The notes: generated by a model from the sequence alone, not told the origin. A stretch of 40,237 nucleotides of DNA from Planococcaceae bacterium UBA3378 (GCA_002359075.1 DEQA01000060.1:1-40237), one strand, 5' to 3'. Positions 9,042 through 19,013 are shown, counted from the first letter of the stretch. Numbers and translations are program-made.

Positions 9042-10622
9042 TCATACAGTCCCTTCCTCACTGTCATAAAAGTTGTATTGTGTGGCAAGAAGCATCAGCT
9101 CAAGTGCCAGGCGTTTAGGAGGCAGTATAAAATCAGCACCAAGGAAGGATTCAATTTTGGAAAGTCGGTGATACAGCGTTTGACGGACGATAAATAATTT
9201 TTCCGCCGTTTCTTGCTTCATGCAGTTGCACTGCAAATACACTTGCAATGTCTGGATCAGCTGTCCCTTATGCTTGGCATCATACGCATACAGTGCCTTC
9301 AAGTGCTTTTTTGCCATATCCATAATCGGCTGATTTTTCTGCATCTGCAAAATAAGCTGGTATACGTATAGGTCTTCATAAAAATAGGAAAGCTGTCTGG
9401 CATTTTTCCGGATCAGCAGCGTGTCCGTGGCTGTTTCAAAGCTTTGCGCGACGAGGTGAAGATCTTCTACTACTTGTCCCACCGCAGTCGTTATTTTTAA
9501 CTGGCTGTAATTATGGTTTTTCCTGAATGTATGTAATTTCTCGATGCAATTTGTAATGCGGCGCTTCAAGTCCTTCTCCATACTATCCGCGATTATATAG
9601 ACAAGCTGTTGTCGTGATTCAATGATAAAAATCGTAAAGCCGCTTTTTTCAAAAATCCCGCGGGAATACAGCTTATAGTAGGTCAAATCAATTGTTTGCT
9701 TGGACGTCTGGATTTTTTCAATCAAGACAAAATAGGTACAGTTTAATAGCTTTGGGTTGTGCTGTTCATTTAAAAAAGCGGTCAGCTGCTGCGTCTCAAC
9801 GGACCCGTCCAGCCAGGATTCAAGGAATGTGCGGTATTCCATATTTTGCTTTTCCTCTGTGTAGAGGCTGCGCAGTAAGTATTGAGAGAGGGCAATAACT
9901 GTACGATCAAGTACGAGTGTATCAAATTCTGTGATTTCTCTTGCATCACTATATATACAAACCTCGCCATAGCTTTCCTCCAAAATCATCACATCGCATT
10001 TCGCCAGGTAAGGCACCACCTTTTCACTGCCAGTTTGCTTACATAACTGTTCATAGACAGTTTGTCCGTAACTTGGGATGTAGAGAGGCTGCTGGCCATG
10101 TACATGAAATACGACATACACGTTTAAAAATTGGTGAAGGCGGACTAAAATCTGTTCGTAATGATTTAGCTTTAACGTTAATTTATTGATCTCCTGTGCG
10201 TAATCCTCCAGCCGCTTAATTTGGTTAAATTGCTCATTGATTACGTGCGTATGGACATATTGTGTAATTTCGATAAAAGGCACGACTTCTTTAAATACAA
10301 GAATGGGGAAGTTATGCTGCTCAGCTAATTGCTGTACAGAGGCTGGAACGCTTTTGATATTTTCACAGCACTCAATGCAAAGGGCAGCTGCCTGCTTATC
10401 AATCAATTGCTGGACAAAACGTAGAAAGGTTGCTTCCTCTTTTAGCTGGATACCTGTTGTCAGGATCAGTTCATTACCTTTAATTAGTTCTTCTATTGTC
10501 ATAGTTTCCAAAATATGTACCCACTTTATTTGGCGTTTCAGGCCTGATTTTCCTGAAATCAAGGACGCTTTTGGAAAGTGACTTTTCGTGAGCAGCTCTT
10601 TCACTGTAAATGAAAATGACAT
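9042..10622 (-). CDS. PucR-family transcriptional regulator
   Basis: N-terminal GLKRQIKWVHILE...GNELILTTG; C-terminal HTH TAEKLFIVRQTLYHRLSKI; 526 aa. Confidence 0.92.
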   Translation of the reverse strand: MSFSFTVKELLTKSHFPKASLISGKSGLKRQIKWVHILETMTIEELIKGNELILTTGIQLKEEATFLRFVQQLIDKQAAALCIECCENIKSVPASVQQLAEQHNFPILVFKEVVPFIEITQYVHTHVINEQFNQIKRLEDYAQEINKLTLKLNHYEQILVRLHQFLNVYVVFHVHGQQPLYIPSYGQTVYEQLCKQTGSEKVVPYLAKCDVMILEESYGEVCIYSDAREITEFDTLVLDRTVIALSQYLLRSLYTEEKQNMEYRTFLESWLDGSVETQQLTAFLNEQHNPKLLNCTYFVLIEKIQTSKQTIDLTYYKLYSRGIFEKSGFTIFIIESRQQLVYIIADSMEKDLKRRITNCIEKLHTFRKNHNYSQLKITTAVGQVVEDLHLVAQSFETATDTLLIRKNARQLSYFYEDLYVYQLILQMQKNQPIMDMAKKHLKALYAYDAKHKGQLIQTLQVYLQCNCMKQETAEKLFIVRQTLYHRLSKIESFLGADFILPPKRLALELMLLATQYNFYDSEEGTV

Positions 10623-10750
10623 ACTGAACCCATCCCTTCAATTCTATTTACTGGAATAAATCTATCTGATATATGAGATGACACACTCGCTTTTTACAGA
10701 AAAAGCAAGTAAGGTGAAATAGAAGAAAACGTAATGATATAGCAAAAATA

Positions 10751-10826
10751 TAACATAATGTAAAATGGAAGAGGTATATTTTTTACATTTTGTTTATATC
10801 AGGTTGTGAAACCATTATGATATATT
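10751..10826 (+). promoter_or_regulatory. Candidate PucR-family operator pair and extended -10 of the amidohydrolase operon
   Basis: TAACATAATGTAA 10751-10763 and TTACATTTTGTTT 10783-10795 (32 bp apart); TGaTATATT with the hexamer at 10821, 25 nt after the proximal box. Confidence 0.5.
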
Positions 10827-10870
10827 TTCAAATATAAGAGTGTATCATGTACAAGCTTGGGGAGGGAGAA

Positions 10871-12493
10871 ATGATGAAACAATTGGCATTTTTAGGTGGG
10901 GAAGTAATTAGTCAAAATGAGCACGGTGACATCTATGAAGCATGCTTAATAGAAGGAAATCGTATACGTGCAGTGGGAACGACAGAGGAAATACAAAAGT
11001 TGCTGAACAATGAAGCACAGGTCGTTGATTTAGATGGTAAAACAGTGCTTCCTGGATTGATCGATGCACATATGCATCTATTTTTATATGGCAATACGCT
11101 AATCCATATCAATTGTAAAAATCCTGTTATTCCATCTGTAGCAGACCTCATAGAGAGAATAAAAGAAACTGTAGCAGATGCTCCCAACGGAGAAATCGTT
11201 CGCGCATTTGGCTTTAACGAAGTAATGGTGGAGGAGCAAAGATATCCTACACTCGAGGAGCTTGATGCTATATCAGAAGAGCATCCCATTATCATCACGA
11301 GAACATGCGGGCATATTGGGGTAGTTAATTCCGCTGCAATGAAACTAGCGGGGATTGATAAACACACACCAAGTCCACATGGTGGAACAATTGAAAAAGA
11401 TGAAATTGGGCAACTGACGGGGCGATTAATAGAAAATGCCTTCCTCCAATTTAACCAGCATGTTACCTATAGTGAAGAAGAATTATATAAAGCACTTGAA
11501 AAGGCGCAGAATAAGCTGCTTTCCTATGGCATTACGAGTATTCATGATGCAGGTGGGTTTGATGCCGACAGCTTCCGCATTATGCAGCAGGCTTCTCATA
11601 ATAAACAATTAAAGCTTCGTGTCTATGCAATGATCGGTACGCTGAATGATTGTGAAGCATTTACAAAAACGATGATTTCCTCAGGAGTCGTTACCTATAC
11701 AGGGAATGAATTCTTTACAATTGGACCAGCCAAGTTATTTACAGACGGCAGCAGTACAGGGCCGACAATTGCTACGCGTGAGCCTTATGACAGTGATGCA
11801 GAAAACTATGGCTATCTGCAGTATACAGAAGACGAATTATACGATATTTTCCTGCCTGCACATCAAAAGGGATATCAGCTTACCGTGCATGCCCAGGGTG
11901 ACAAGGCGATTGAACAGTATTTGAATGTTATCGAGCGGCTGCAAACACAGTATCCCCGGCAGGATCACCGTCATCGTGTTGAACATCTAGGGGTATGTCC
12001 TCCTGACCTGCAAAAGCGCGTTCGCGAGCTGAACGTAATCCCGGTGCTGAATCCTTCATTCCCTTATGAATTTGGTGAGAGTTATATCCAAAATTACGGA
12101 AAGCGAACGGATTATATGTATGCGGCTAAACAACTGTTGGACCAAGAAATAGTGGTCACAGCAGGGTCTGATGCACCGATTACTACAGCCAATCCTTTTG
12201 CCGGTATGTATATGGCTCAAGAACGTTTAACGAAAAAGGGCACACCTTTTGGTCAGGAACAGCGGATTACACTCCATGACGCTATTAAGATATATACAAT
12301 CAATGCAGCCTATGCCAGTAAAGAGGAAGATATCAAGGGAAGTATAGAAGTTGGAAAATTAGCAGATTTAGCTGTCTTAAATACTTCCATATTGGACCGA
12401 CAGGCGAAAGATTTATTGAATGTAGAAGTGGAAATGACCATTTTGGACGGAGAGGTTGTTTATTCCAGGCAGCATGCGGGGGTGAATACATGA
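10871..12493 (+). CDS. Metal-dependent amidohydrolase, YtcJ/NfdA-like (Amidohydro_3)
   Basis: PGLIDAHMH, KLFTDGS, VHAQGD, RHRVEH, AGSDAP, KGSIEVGKLADL; ATG 10871 behind GGAGGG. Confidence 0.88.
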   Translation: MMKQLAFLGGEVISQNEHGDIYEACLIEGNRIRAVGTTEEIQKLLNNEAQVVDLDGKTVLPGLIDAHMHLFLYGNTLIHINCKNPVIPSVADLIERIKETVADAPNGEIVRAFGFNEVMVEEQRYPTLEELDAISEEHPIIITRTCGHIGVVNSAAMKLAGIDKHTPSPHGGTIEKDEIGQLTGRLIENAFLQFNQHVTYSEEELYKALEKAQNKLLSYGITSIHDAGGFDADSFRIMQQASHNKQLKLRVYAMIGTLNDCEAFTKTMISSGVVTYTGNEFFTIGPAKLFTDGSSTGPTIATREPYDSDAENYGYLQYTEDELYDIFLPAHQKGYQLTVHAQGDKAIEQYLNVIERLQTQYPRQDHRHRVEHLGVCPPDLQKRVRELNVIPVLNPSFPYEFGESYIQNYGKRTDYMYAAKQLLDQEIVVTAGSDAPITTANPFAGMYMAQERLTKKGTPFGQEQRITLHDAIKIYTINAAYASKEEDIKGSIEVGKLADLAVLNTSILDRQAKDLLNVEVEMTILDGEVVYSRQHAGVNT

Positions 12494-12693
12494 GAAAATA
12501 CGCTCAGCTGCTGTTAATCATTCCGTTTATCGGTATGTGTCTATTACTGCCTTGGGCGAACCGGGCAGAGCCTTATGTATTCGGTCTGCCGTTTTTGCTC
12601 TTTTGGATTGTCTTATGGATGCTTCTTTCCTCCCTCATTTTATTGATTGTCTACAAGCTGGATCCGGAAAATGAAGGGAGTGAAGTGGAATGA
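12490..12693 (+). CDS. Small 2-TM symporter accessory protein (DUF3311/YhjC-like)
   Basis: 67 aa; NRAEPYVFGLPFLLFW; 4-nt ATGA overlaps with both neighbours. Confidence 0.85.
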   Translation: MRKYAQLLLIIPFIGMCLLLPWANRAEPYVFGLPFLLFWIVLWMLLSSLILLIVYKLDPENEGSEVE

Positions 12694-14180
12694 ATGCAGC
12701 CCTTCTTATTATTTTCCTCTTTGCAGCGATCGCCTTGTATTTAGGGATACGGGCCACGCGTGGAAAAAAGATGAACGTCAATGAATTTGCAGTAGGAAAC
12801 AAAGGCTTTGGAACACTTTTCGTGTTTTTATTGATTGCAGGGGAAGTCTATACGACCTTTACCTTTTTAGGAGGGAGCGGCTGGGCTTATTCCCATGGGT
12901 CAGCTGCCTATTATGTACCCGCTTATATTTGTTTAGCTTACGTCTTGTCGTATTGGATTATCCCGAAAATCTGGCGTTTTGCAAAGCAGCATAATGTCAT
13001 TTCACAGCCCCAATATTTTATGAAATCCTATAACAGTAAAGGGCTTGGCGTAGTTGTTGCCTTTATCGGTACGATTGCCCTCATTCCTTATATCGTCATT
13101 CAGCTAAAGGGTCTGGGAATCATCGTGTCAGAGGCATCATACGGTGCAATTACACCAATACTGGCTTCTACGATCGGAGCTGTCATCGTAACTATATATG
13201 TCGTCATTTCAGGTATTCATGGTTCGGCATGGACGGCGGTATTAAAGGATATTATGATTTTAATCGTTATCGTATTTTTAGGAATCTATATTCCGTATCA
13301 TTATTTTGGCGGTATCCAGCCAATGTTTGAGGCAGTGCAGGCGGCAAAGCCGGAAGCGCTTTCACTGGAAGCGGAAGGGTATAGCTCGGCATGGTTTATT
13401 TCTACGATTGTGTTAAATGCCTTTGGTTTCTATTTACTGCCGCAGTCATTTAGCGTTATTTTATCTGCCAAGAGCGAGCGGTCATTGAAAAAAAATGCCG
13501 TTACACTTCCTCTTTATACAATTCTGATCTTGTTTGCCTTCTTTATCGGCTTTGCAGCGATTTTGCAGGTACCAGGATTACAGGGGGCAGACGGCGATTT
13601 ATCGCTGCTGCGTCTCGTGATGCAAACATTTGATCCATGGGTAGTCGGAATAGTCGGAGGGGCGGGGCTATTAACCGCGCTTGTACCGGTATCGGTCATG
13701 ATTATGTCCGGAGCAATCGGTTTAATGACAGGCTTTTACAAGCTGCTCAAGCCAAACTCAACAGACCGGCAGCAGCTAACAGTATCAAAAGTATTTGTTA
13801 TTTTAATTATTTTTACAGCATACCTTTTCACATTAAAGGGAGGAAATGCGCTTGCCATATTGAATATTATGTCCTACGGGCTCATTACACAATTGGTGCC
13901 GGCTATTATCTTTAGCTTCTACCATTCCAGATTTATGAATAAATACGGGGCAACGGCAGGGATTGTAACCGGGGTATCGATTGTCTTGTTCAATGCGCTT
14001 ACATCCTTTAAATTAGTGAATATTTTCCCGAATATTCCAAGTGTCATCAATGATATCAATATGGGCTTTGTTGCGATTATTATTAATATAATCGTAGGGG
14101 TAACGGTTAGCTTGGCAACGAATTCGATTGTCCGAAAACAAAATGAAAACGAAGTAGTCAATGAACCGGTGACAAATTAA
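12690..14180 (+). CDS. Sodium:solute symporter (YhjB-like)
   Basis: 496 aa, about 13 TM; AGEVYTTFTFLGGSGWAY, SGIHGSAWTAVLKD. Confidence 0.9.
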   Translation: MNAALLIIFLFAAIALYLGIRATRGKKMNVNEFAVGNKGFGTLFVFLLIAGEVYTTFTFLGGSGWAYSHGSAAYYVPAYICLAYVLSYWIIPKIWRFAKQHNVISQPQYFMKSYNSKGLGVVVAFIGTIALIPYIVIQLKGLGIIVSEASYGAITPILASTIGAVIVTIYVVISGIHGSAWTAVLKDIMILIVIVFLGIYIPYHYFGGIQPMFEAVQAAKPEALSLEAEGYSSAWFISTIVLNAFGFYLLPQSFSVILSAKSERSLKKNAVTLPLYTILILFAFFIGFAAILQVPGLQGADGDLSLLRLVMQTFDPWVVGIVGGAGLLTALVPVSVMIMSGAIGLMTGFYKLLKPNSTDRQQLTVSKVFVILIIFTAYLFTLKGGNALAILNIMSYGLITQLVPAIIFSFYHSRFMNKYGATAGIVTGVSIVLFNALTSFKLVNIFPNIPSVINDINMGFVAIIINIIVGVTVSLATNSIVRKQNENEVVNEPVTN

Positions 14181-14191
14181 GGAGGCCTCTG

Positions 14192-15418
14192 ATGAAAACA
14201 TGTAATCAAGCTCGTCTTCAATCGTTAATCGAGCGGTTTAGTCAATTTGGAAAAACAGAAAATAATGGTGTAACGCGGCTTGCTTTATCACAGGAAGATA
14301 TGGAAGCACGGAAATATTTGCAGGCATTATGTGAAGAGCTTGGGATGACCGTGACATATGACGATATGGCAAATATGTATGCGACCCTCCCAGGCAAGAA
14401 AGCCTTGCCTCCTATTGTGCTCGGTTCCCATATGGATTCAGTAGTGAAGGGAGGCCGCTATGACGGTATTTTAGGGGTTTTGACTGCCCTTGAGACCGTT
14501 TATACATTGAAAGAAACGAATACAGAGCTGGATTATCCGATTACGATTGTGAACTTCACAAATGAGGAAGGCGCAAGATTTGAGCCTTCTTTAATGGCTT
14601 CAGGGGTTTTATCCGGAAAATTTGAGAAGGAAAAGATGCTTGCCTCTCAGGACCGTAATGGCATTACGTTTGCCCAGGCATTGAAGGAAAGCGGCTTTGA
14701 AGGACAAATGGAAAATCGCCTTAAAGAAGCCACGGCGTATATCGAGCTTCATATCGAGCAAGGACCGGTATTGGAGCATAAGGGCCTTGATATCGGTGTT
14801 GTAGAAGGGGTTCTTGGTATGGTGTGCTATGAAATTACGGTGCAGGGGGAATCAAACCATGCAGGTACCACACCGATCACCATGCGGAAGGACCCGATGT
14901 TTACAGCCGCCAATTTAATCGTAGAAATGCAGGAGAAGCTGCAACAGCTGGATGAATCGCTTGTCTATACAATCGGCCGTATGAATACCTATCCGAATAT
15001 CCATACAGTTATACCATCGCATGTTGTCTTCACATTAGAGGCCCGTCATCATGATCCGGCTGTTATTGCAGCGGTTTCACATATTGTGGAGCAATTGCCT
15101 GAAACGTCTCATGCATGTTCCGTATCATCAAACCGGCTATGGGACCGGGATACGGTACTATTTGATGAGAAGGTAGTGGGAGCTGTGGAAAAAGCCAGTC
15201 AGGACCTTCATTATAAAGAATATAAAATGTACAGCGGAGCAGGGCATGATGCACAATTTATCGCTTCGTTTATACCATCTGCCATGATATTTGTGCCGAG
15301 TGAAAAAGGATATAGCCACCGCGAGGACGAATATACATCGTATGAAGATTGTACAAAAGGTGCCAATGTATTGCTGAATGCCGTACTGAACCTTTGCCGG
15401 GAAACGGTGGAGCAGTAA
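14192..15418 (+). CDS. M20 Zn-dependent hydrolase, N-carbamoyl-amino acid/beta-ureidopropionase (hydantoinase/carbamoylase family)
   Basis: GSHMDSV..GGRYDG, NEEGARF, ELHIEQGP, NHAGTTP, GAGHDA, GYSH; SD AAGGAGG. Confidence 0.9.
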   Translation: MKTCNQARLQSLIERFSQFGKTENNGVTRLALSQEDMEARKYLQALCEELGMTVTYDDMANMYATLPGKKALPPIVLGSHMDSVVKGGRYDGILGVLTALETVYTLKETNTELDYPITIVNFTNEEGARFEPSLMASGVLSGKFEKEKMLASQDRNGITFAQALKESGFEGQMENRLKEATAYIELHIEQGPVLEHKGLDIGVVEGVLGMVCYEITVQGESNHAGTTPITMRKDPMFTAANLIVEMQEKLQQLDESLVYTIGRMNTYPNIHTVIPSHVVFTLEARHHDPAVIAAVSHIVEQLPETSHACSVSSNRLWDRDTVLFDEKVVGAVEKASQDLHYKEYKMYSGAGHDAQFIASFIPSAMIFVPSEKGYSHREDEYTSYEDCTKGANVLLNAVLNLCRETVEQ

Positions 15419-15464
15419 ATATAGAGGTATGCATGCCTCTATTCTTTCGATCGGAGGGGTTGGG

Positions 15465-16364
15465 ATGAAGGAAGTAAAAATTTCTGTTTGCCAGTTTGAA
15501 GTAAAAGAATGTCGTTCATTTGAAGAATTCAGTCAGCAGGTAGAAGCTATGCTGTCAGAGGTTCCGTTAGACAGCGATTATGTATTATTTCCTGAATTAT
15601 TTACACTTGGATTAGTCGGTACTTTTGATGATGCATCCAATGTGGGGATCAAGGGACTTAAGCGACTCACTGAGTTCCAAGAAGAGGTTCACCATCTGTT
15701 TGCAGGCCTTGCCAAGAAGCAAAAACAAGTCATTATAGCAGGGAGTCATCTAGAAGAACGGGAAGGGAATATTATGAATGTGACTTCTCTCTTTGACGAA
15801 ACAGGGCTTGTCGGCAGACATGAAAAAACGCATATCTTTCCGGCGGAGGCAGAGTGGGATACAAAAGAAGGGGATACGTTGGAGGTCTTTCAGGCAGGCC
15901 CGGTAACAATCGGTATCGCCAATTGCTACGAAGCGGAAATTCCAGAAGTATCCCGCATTCTTGCTTTGCAGGGGGCTGACATTATCTTTTGTCCATCCTA
16001 TACATTTACGGAATCAGGCTTTTGGCGGGTACGCCATTGTGCACAGGCAAGGGCAATCGAAAATCAAGTATATGTCGTCCATTGCCCATCCGTCAGCAAA
16101 GGGGGCCATCTATTACCGCCAGGCTATGGGCGGGCTTCCATTATTAGTCCATGCGATATGCGCTGGTCTGGAAATGGGGTTGTTATAGAAGCTTCTGATC
16201 ATACCCCGACGGTTATTACCGCATCTGTAAACATCGATCATTTATATGAAAACCGAAAAATAGGTGCTGCCCCGACTTTTAAGGACCGGACGCGAAGAGA
16301 CGATTTGTACAAGCGCTATGCTCCTTACAGCGATCAATTGGTAGGAAATCTTACGAAGAGATAA
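15465..16364 (+). CDS. Carbon-nitrogen hydrolase (nitrilase superfamily)
   Basis: Glu-Lys-Cys triad in FPELF, HEKTHIF, ANCYEAEIPE; ARAIENQVYV; ATG 15465 behind GGAGGGG. Confidence 0.88.
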   Translation: MKEVKISVCQFEVKECRSFEEFSQQVEAMLSEVPLDSDYVLFPELFTLGLVGTFDDASNVGIKGLKRLTEFQEEVHHLFAGLAKKQKQVIIAGSHLEEREGNIMNVTSLFDETGLVGRHEKTHIFPAEAEWDTKEGDTLEVFQAGPVTIGIANCYEAEIPEVSRILALQGADIIFCPSYTFTESGFWRVRHCAQARAIENQVYVVHCPSVSKGGHLLPPGYGRASIISPCDMRWSGNGVVIEASDHTPTVITASVNIDHLYENRKIGAAPTFKDRTRRDDLYKRYAPYSDQLVGNLTKR

Positions 16365-16444
16365 TAGACTTGTTCACTAATTATGAGTAAACAGCGAAAG
16401 AACAACCTGATGGGATAGTAGTAATTAAGCGATATATGAATCAT

Positions 16445-16481
16445 AGAAAGGAGGGCTGCTGGTGGGTCTTCCTTTCTTTTT
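16445..16481 (+). terminator. Terminator of the amidohydrolase operon
   Basis: AGAAAGGAGGGCT...GGTCTTCCTTTCT followed by a T run. Confidence 0.65.
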
Positions 16482-16540
16482 CGCTTTTTTCATAAAAAAA
16501 TGCCATAATAGAGTGATAACATGATAGTAAGGATGACTAG

Positions 16541-17737
16541 ATGAGACAGTTAGTAGAATTACAAGTAAAACAAGCGGCGATTAAAGACCTGACAAACGGC
16601 AAACCATTACTATTAAAAGACGCAGTAGAGATGCCGGAAGTGACGATTGAAGAGGGCAGCCTGCTGCACCTTGTCGATAAAAACGGCGGCTATATTGCTA
16701 CAGGCTATTATGGTGCGCAAAATAAGGGCATCGGCTGGGTATTGACGCGTAAGGAAAAAGAAACGATCGACAAGAAATTTTTTGCAAAGAAACTAAAGGC
16801 AGCAGCAGAGAAGCGTGCGAGTTTCTATGAATCTGAGGATACGACAGCCTTCCGTGTCTTTAACGGAGAAGGAGACGGCATTGGCGGTTTGACGATCGAT
16901 TTCTTCAATGGCTTTTACATGGTGAGCTGGTATAGTGAAGGCATCTATTCCTTCCGGGAGGATATTTACGAGGCACTGAATGAAGTGGTAAATACACGCG
17001 GTGTGTATGAGAAACTGCGCTTTGATACAAACGGCCAATATGTGGAGAAGGATGATTACGTATCGGGGGAAAAGGGAGACTTCCCACTCATCGTTTTGGA
17101 AAACGGCATGAGCTTTGCGGTTGATTTAAATGATGGGGCGATGACAGGGATTTTCCTTGACCAGCGCAATGTCCGCAAAGCATTGCGTGATCACTATGCA
17201 GAGGGCAAAACGGTGCTCAATACCTTTTCCTATACAGGCGCGTTTTCTGTAGCCGCTGCTCTTGGCGGAGCTGCCGGAACGACAAGCGTGGATTTGGCAA
17301 AACGCAGCCTTCCCAAAACAATTGAGCAGTTCGCAGTGAACGGCATCGATTACGAATCCCAGGATATTAAAGTGATGAATGTCTTTGATTACTTCAGCTA
17401 CGCGGCGCGGCATGACCTGAAGTTTGATGTCGTCGTACTGGATCCGCCAAGTTTTGCACGGACAAAGAAAATGACCTTCAGTACAGCAAAGGATTATCCG
17501 AAGCTGTTAAAAGATGCGCTGAAAATTACGAATGAGGGCGGCATGATCATTGCTTCTACGAATAACGCCAGCTTCAATATGAAAAAATTCAAAACGTTTA
17601 TTGATAAAGCATTCAAAGAAACAAATAAACGCTATAAAATTCTGGAAGAGCATCAGCTGCCGGAGGATTTTCCTGTCCCGCATAACTTCCCTGAGTTTAA
17701 CTATTTAAAAGTTGTATTTATCAAAGTAATGGACTAG
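16541..17737 (+). CDS. Class I SAM-dependent rRNA methyltransferase, RlmI/YwbD-like
   Basis: RVFNGEGDGIGGLTID, MTGIFLDQR, LNTFSYTGAFS, VLDPPSFA. Confidence 0.9.
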   Translation: MRQLVELQVKQAAIKDLTNGKPLLLKDAVEMPEVTIEEGSLLHLVDKNGGYIATGYYGAQNKGIGWVLTRKEKETIDKKFFAKKLKAAAEKRASFYESEDTTAFRVFNGEGDGIGGLTIDFFNGFYMVSWYSEGIYSFREDIYEALNEVVNTRGVYEKLRFDTNGQYVEKDDYVSGEKGDFPLIVLENGMSFAVDLNDGAMTGIFLDQRNVRKALRDHYAEGKTVLNTFSYTGAFSVAAALGGAAGTTSVDLAKRSLPKTIEQFAVNGIDYESQDIKVMNVFDYFSYAARHDLKFDVVVLDPPSFARTKKMTFSTAKDYPKLLKDALKITNEGGMIIASTNNASFNMKKFKTFIDKAFKETNKRYKILEEHQLPEDFPVPHNFPEFNYLKVVFIKVMD

Positions 17738-17749
17738 GGATGTGACAAG

Positions 17750-17938
17750 ATGAAATATAATAAAACAGTGATGACAAAATTAATCAATCAACACCGGGAG
17801 CTGCATGATGAGCTGAAGAAAATCAAAGTGGACATGGGCCTCGAAAAAAACCTGGCGATTAAAGCGCTGTACCATTCGGTAGTCGCGGAGAGCGGTCCGT
17901 ATATGCAGGAATACCAGGAGCTGGAACGCCGTCAATAA
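17750..17938 (+). CDS. Small helical hypothetical protein, co-transcribed with the methyltransferase
   Basis: 62 aa, 12 nt after the previous stop, SD-like AGGGA, followed directly by a terminator. Confidence 0.75.
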   Translation: MKYNKTVMTKLINQHRELHDELKKIKVDMGLEKNLAIKALYHSVVAESGPYMQEYQELERRQ

Positions 17939-17944
17939 ATAGAG

Positions 17945-17982
17945 TACCTTGCTTTGCCATCATGGCGGAGCAGGGTTTTTTT
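17945..17982 (+). terminator. Rho-independent terminator
   Basis: ACCTTGCTTTGCCA-TCA-TGGCGGAGCAGGGT followed by a T run. Confidence 0.8.
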
Positions 17983-18214
17983 GTGAAAACGATGCAGCAG
18001 ACTAAAAATATATGAAATCCATGCAGGTTTCTGCTGTGGTTAAAAAGAATCAATGAGAAACGTCCTGTTTTTATCTCTTCTGATTAAACTGTTCAGCATA
18101 TAGCCACTCCATAACCATGTCCGTTATAATAAAAATGAATTTTTTTAAAAAAATGGAAATAATTCTGCCCTTTGCTTCAGGTAGGCACTGTGTAGTAAAC
18201 GAATGGAGGATTTT

Positions 18215-18994
18215 ATGAAAAATCGGCTGGTGCTTGATAGTGAGAAAGTATACTATGGATTGTGTTTAGCAGCTAGTTTCTTTGTATATGTGGCGCTTTT
18301 TATTTCGATTATTGGACTTTTCTATATTCTATTAGCCTTTTTCATTACAGTTGTGCTCCACGGATTGGCGATTGGGCAAATTCAGAATAATGCGGTGAAG
18401 GTGACGAAAAAGCAGTTTCCCGACATTTATGGAAGGGCTGAAAAAATCTCCAGGGACATGGGGATGCCGGTTGTACCTGATATTTATATCACACAGGAAG
18501 GCGGCATTTTAAATGCTTTTGCGACAAGCTTTTTTGGCAGGAAATTTGTTGTTCTCTATGCGGATATAGTGGAAATTACAAAAGAGGGACATGTAATGGA
18601 GCTTGATTTTGTCATTGCCCATGAGTTGGCACATATCCAGCGAAATCATATTACAAAAAGTCTGGTCATCCTTCCTGCCCGCTGGATGCCGTTTCTCGGA
18701 AAAGCTTATTCGAGAGTGTGCGAATATACCTGCGACCGAATGGCAGCTGCCTATATTCAAAATACGCATGCCGGTGCCAATGCACTGACAATTTTGGCGG
18801 TTGGCAAAACATTGTGGAAAGAGGTGGATATTTCCGAATATATCCGGGATGCAAAAGCTGAAGGCGGCTTTTACGCCTGGGCGAGCCACCTGATGTCTAC
18901 ACATCCTCCGCTGCCTGTTCGCATTGAACGGCTGTATCAATTCCACCATGAGGTGAAGAAGGCTGCCTTTAAAAATGCCGAGCTGACAAGCTAG
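18215..18994 (+). CDS. M48 (HtpX-like) membrane Zn metallopeptidase
   Basis: Two N-terminal TMs, LNAFA, AHELAH (HExxH), EYTCDR, STHPP; ATG 18215 behind GGAGG. Confidence 0.9.
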   Translation: MKNRLVLDSEKVYYGLCLAASFFVYVALFISIIGLFYILLAFFITVVLHGLAIGQIQNNAVKVTKKQFPDIYGRAEKISRDMGMPVVPDIYITQEGGILNAFATSFFGRKFVVLYADIVEITKEGHVMELDFVIAHELAHIQRNHITKSLVILPARWMPFLGKAYSRVCEYTCDRMAAAYIQNTHAGANALTILAVGKTLWKEVDISEYIRDAKAEGGFYAWASHLMSTHPPLPVRIERLYQFHHEVKKAAFKNAELTS

Positions 18995-19013
18995 CCTGTC
19001 ATAGTTGAAAATG

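Noticed and set aside
14192..15418. Purine (allantoate) degradation operon because of PucR plus an M20 hydrolase
   Set aside because: No uricase, allantoinase, xanthine dehydrogenase or PucG-type class-V aminotransferase; the linked class-III transaminase and MmsA point to beta-amino acids instead
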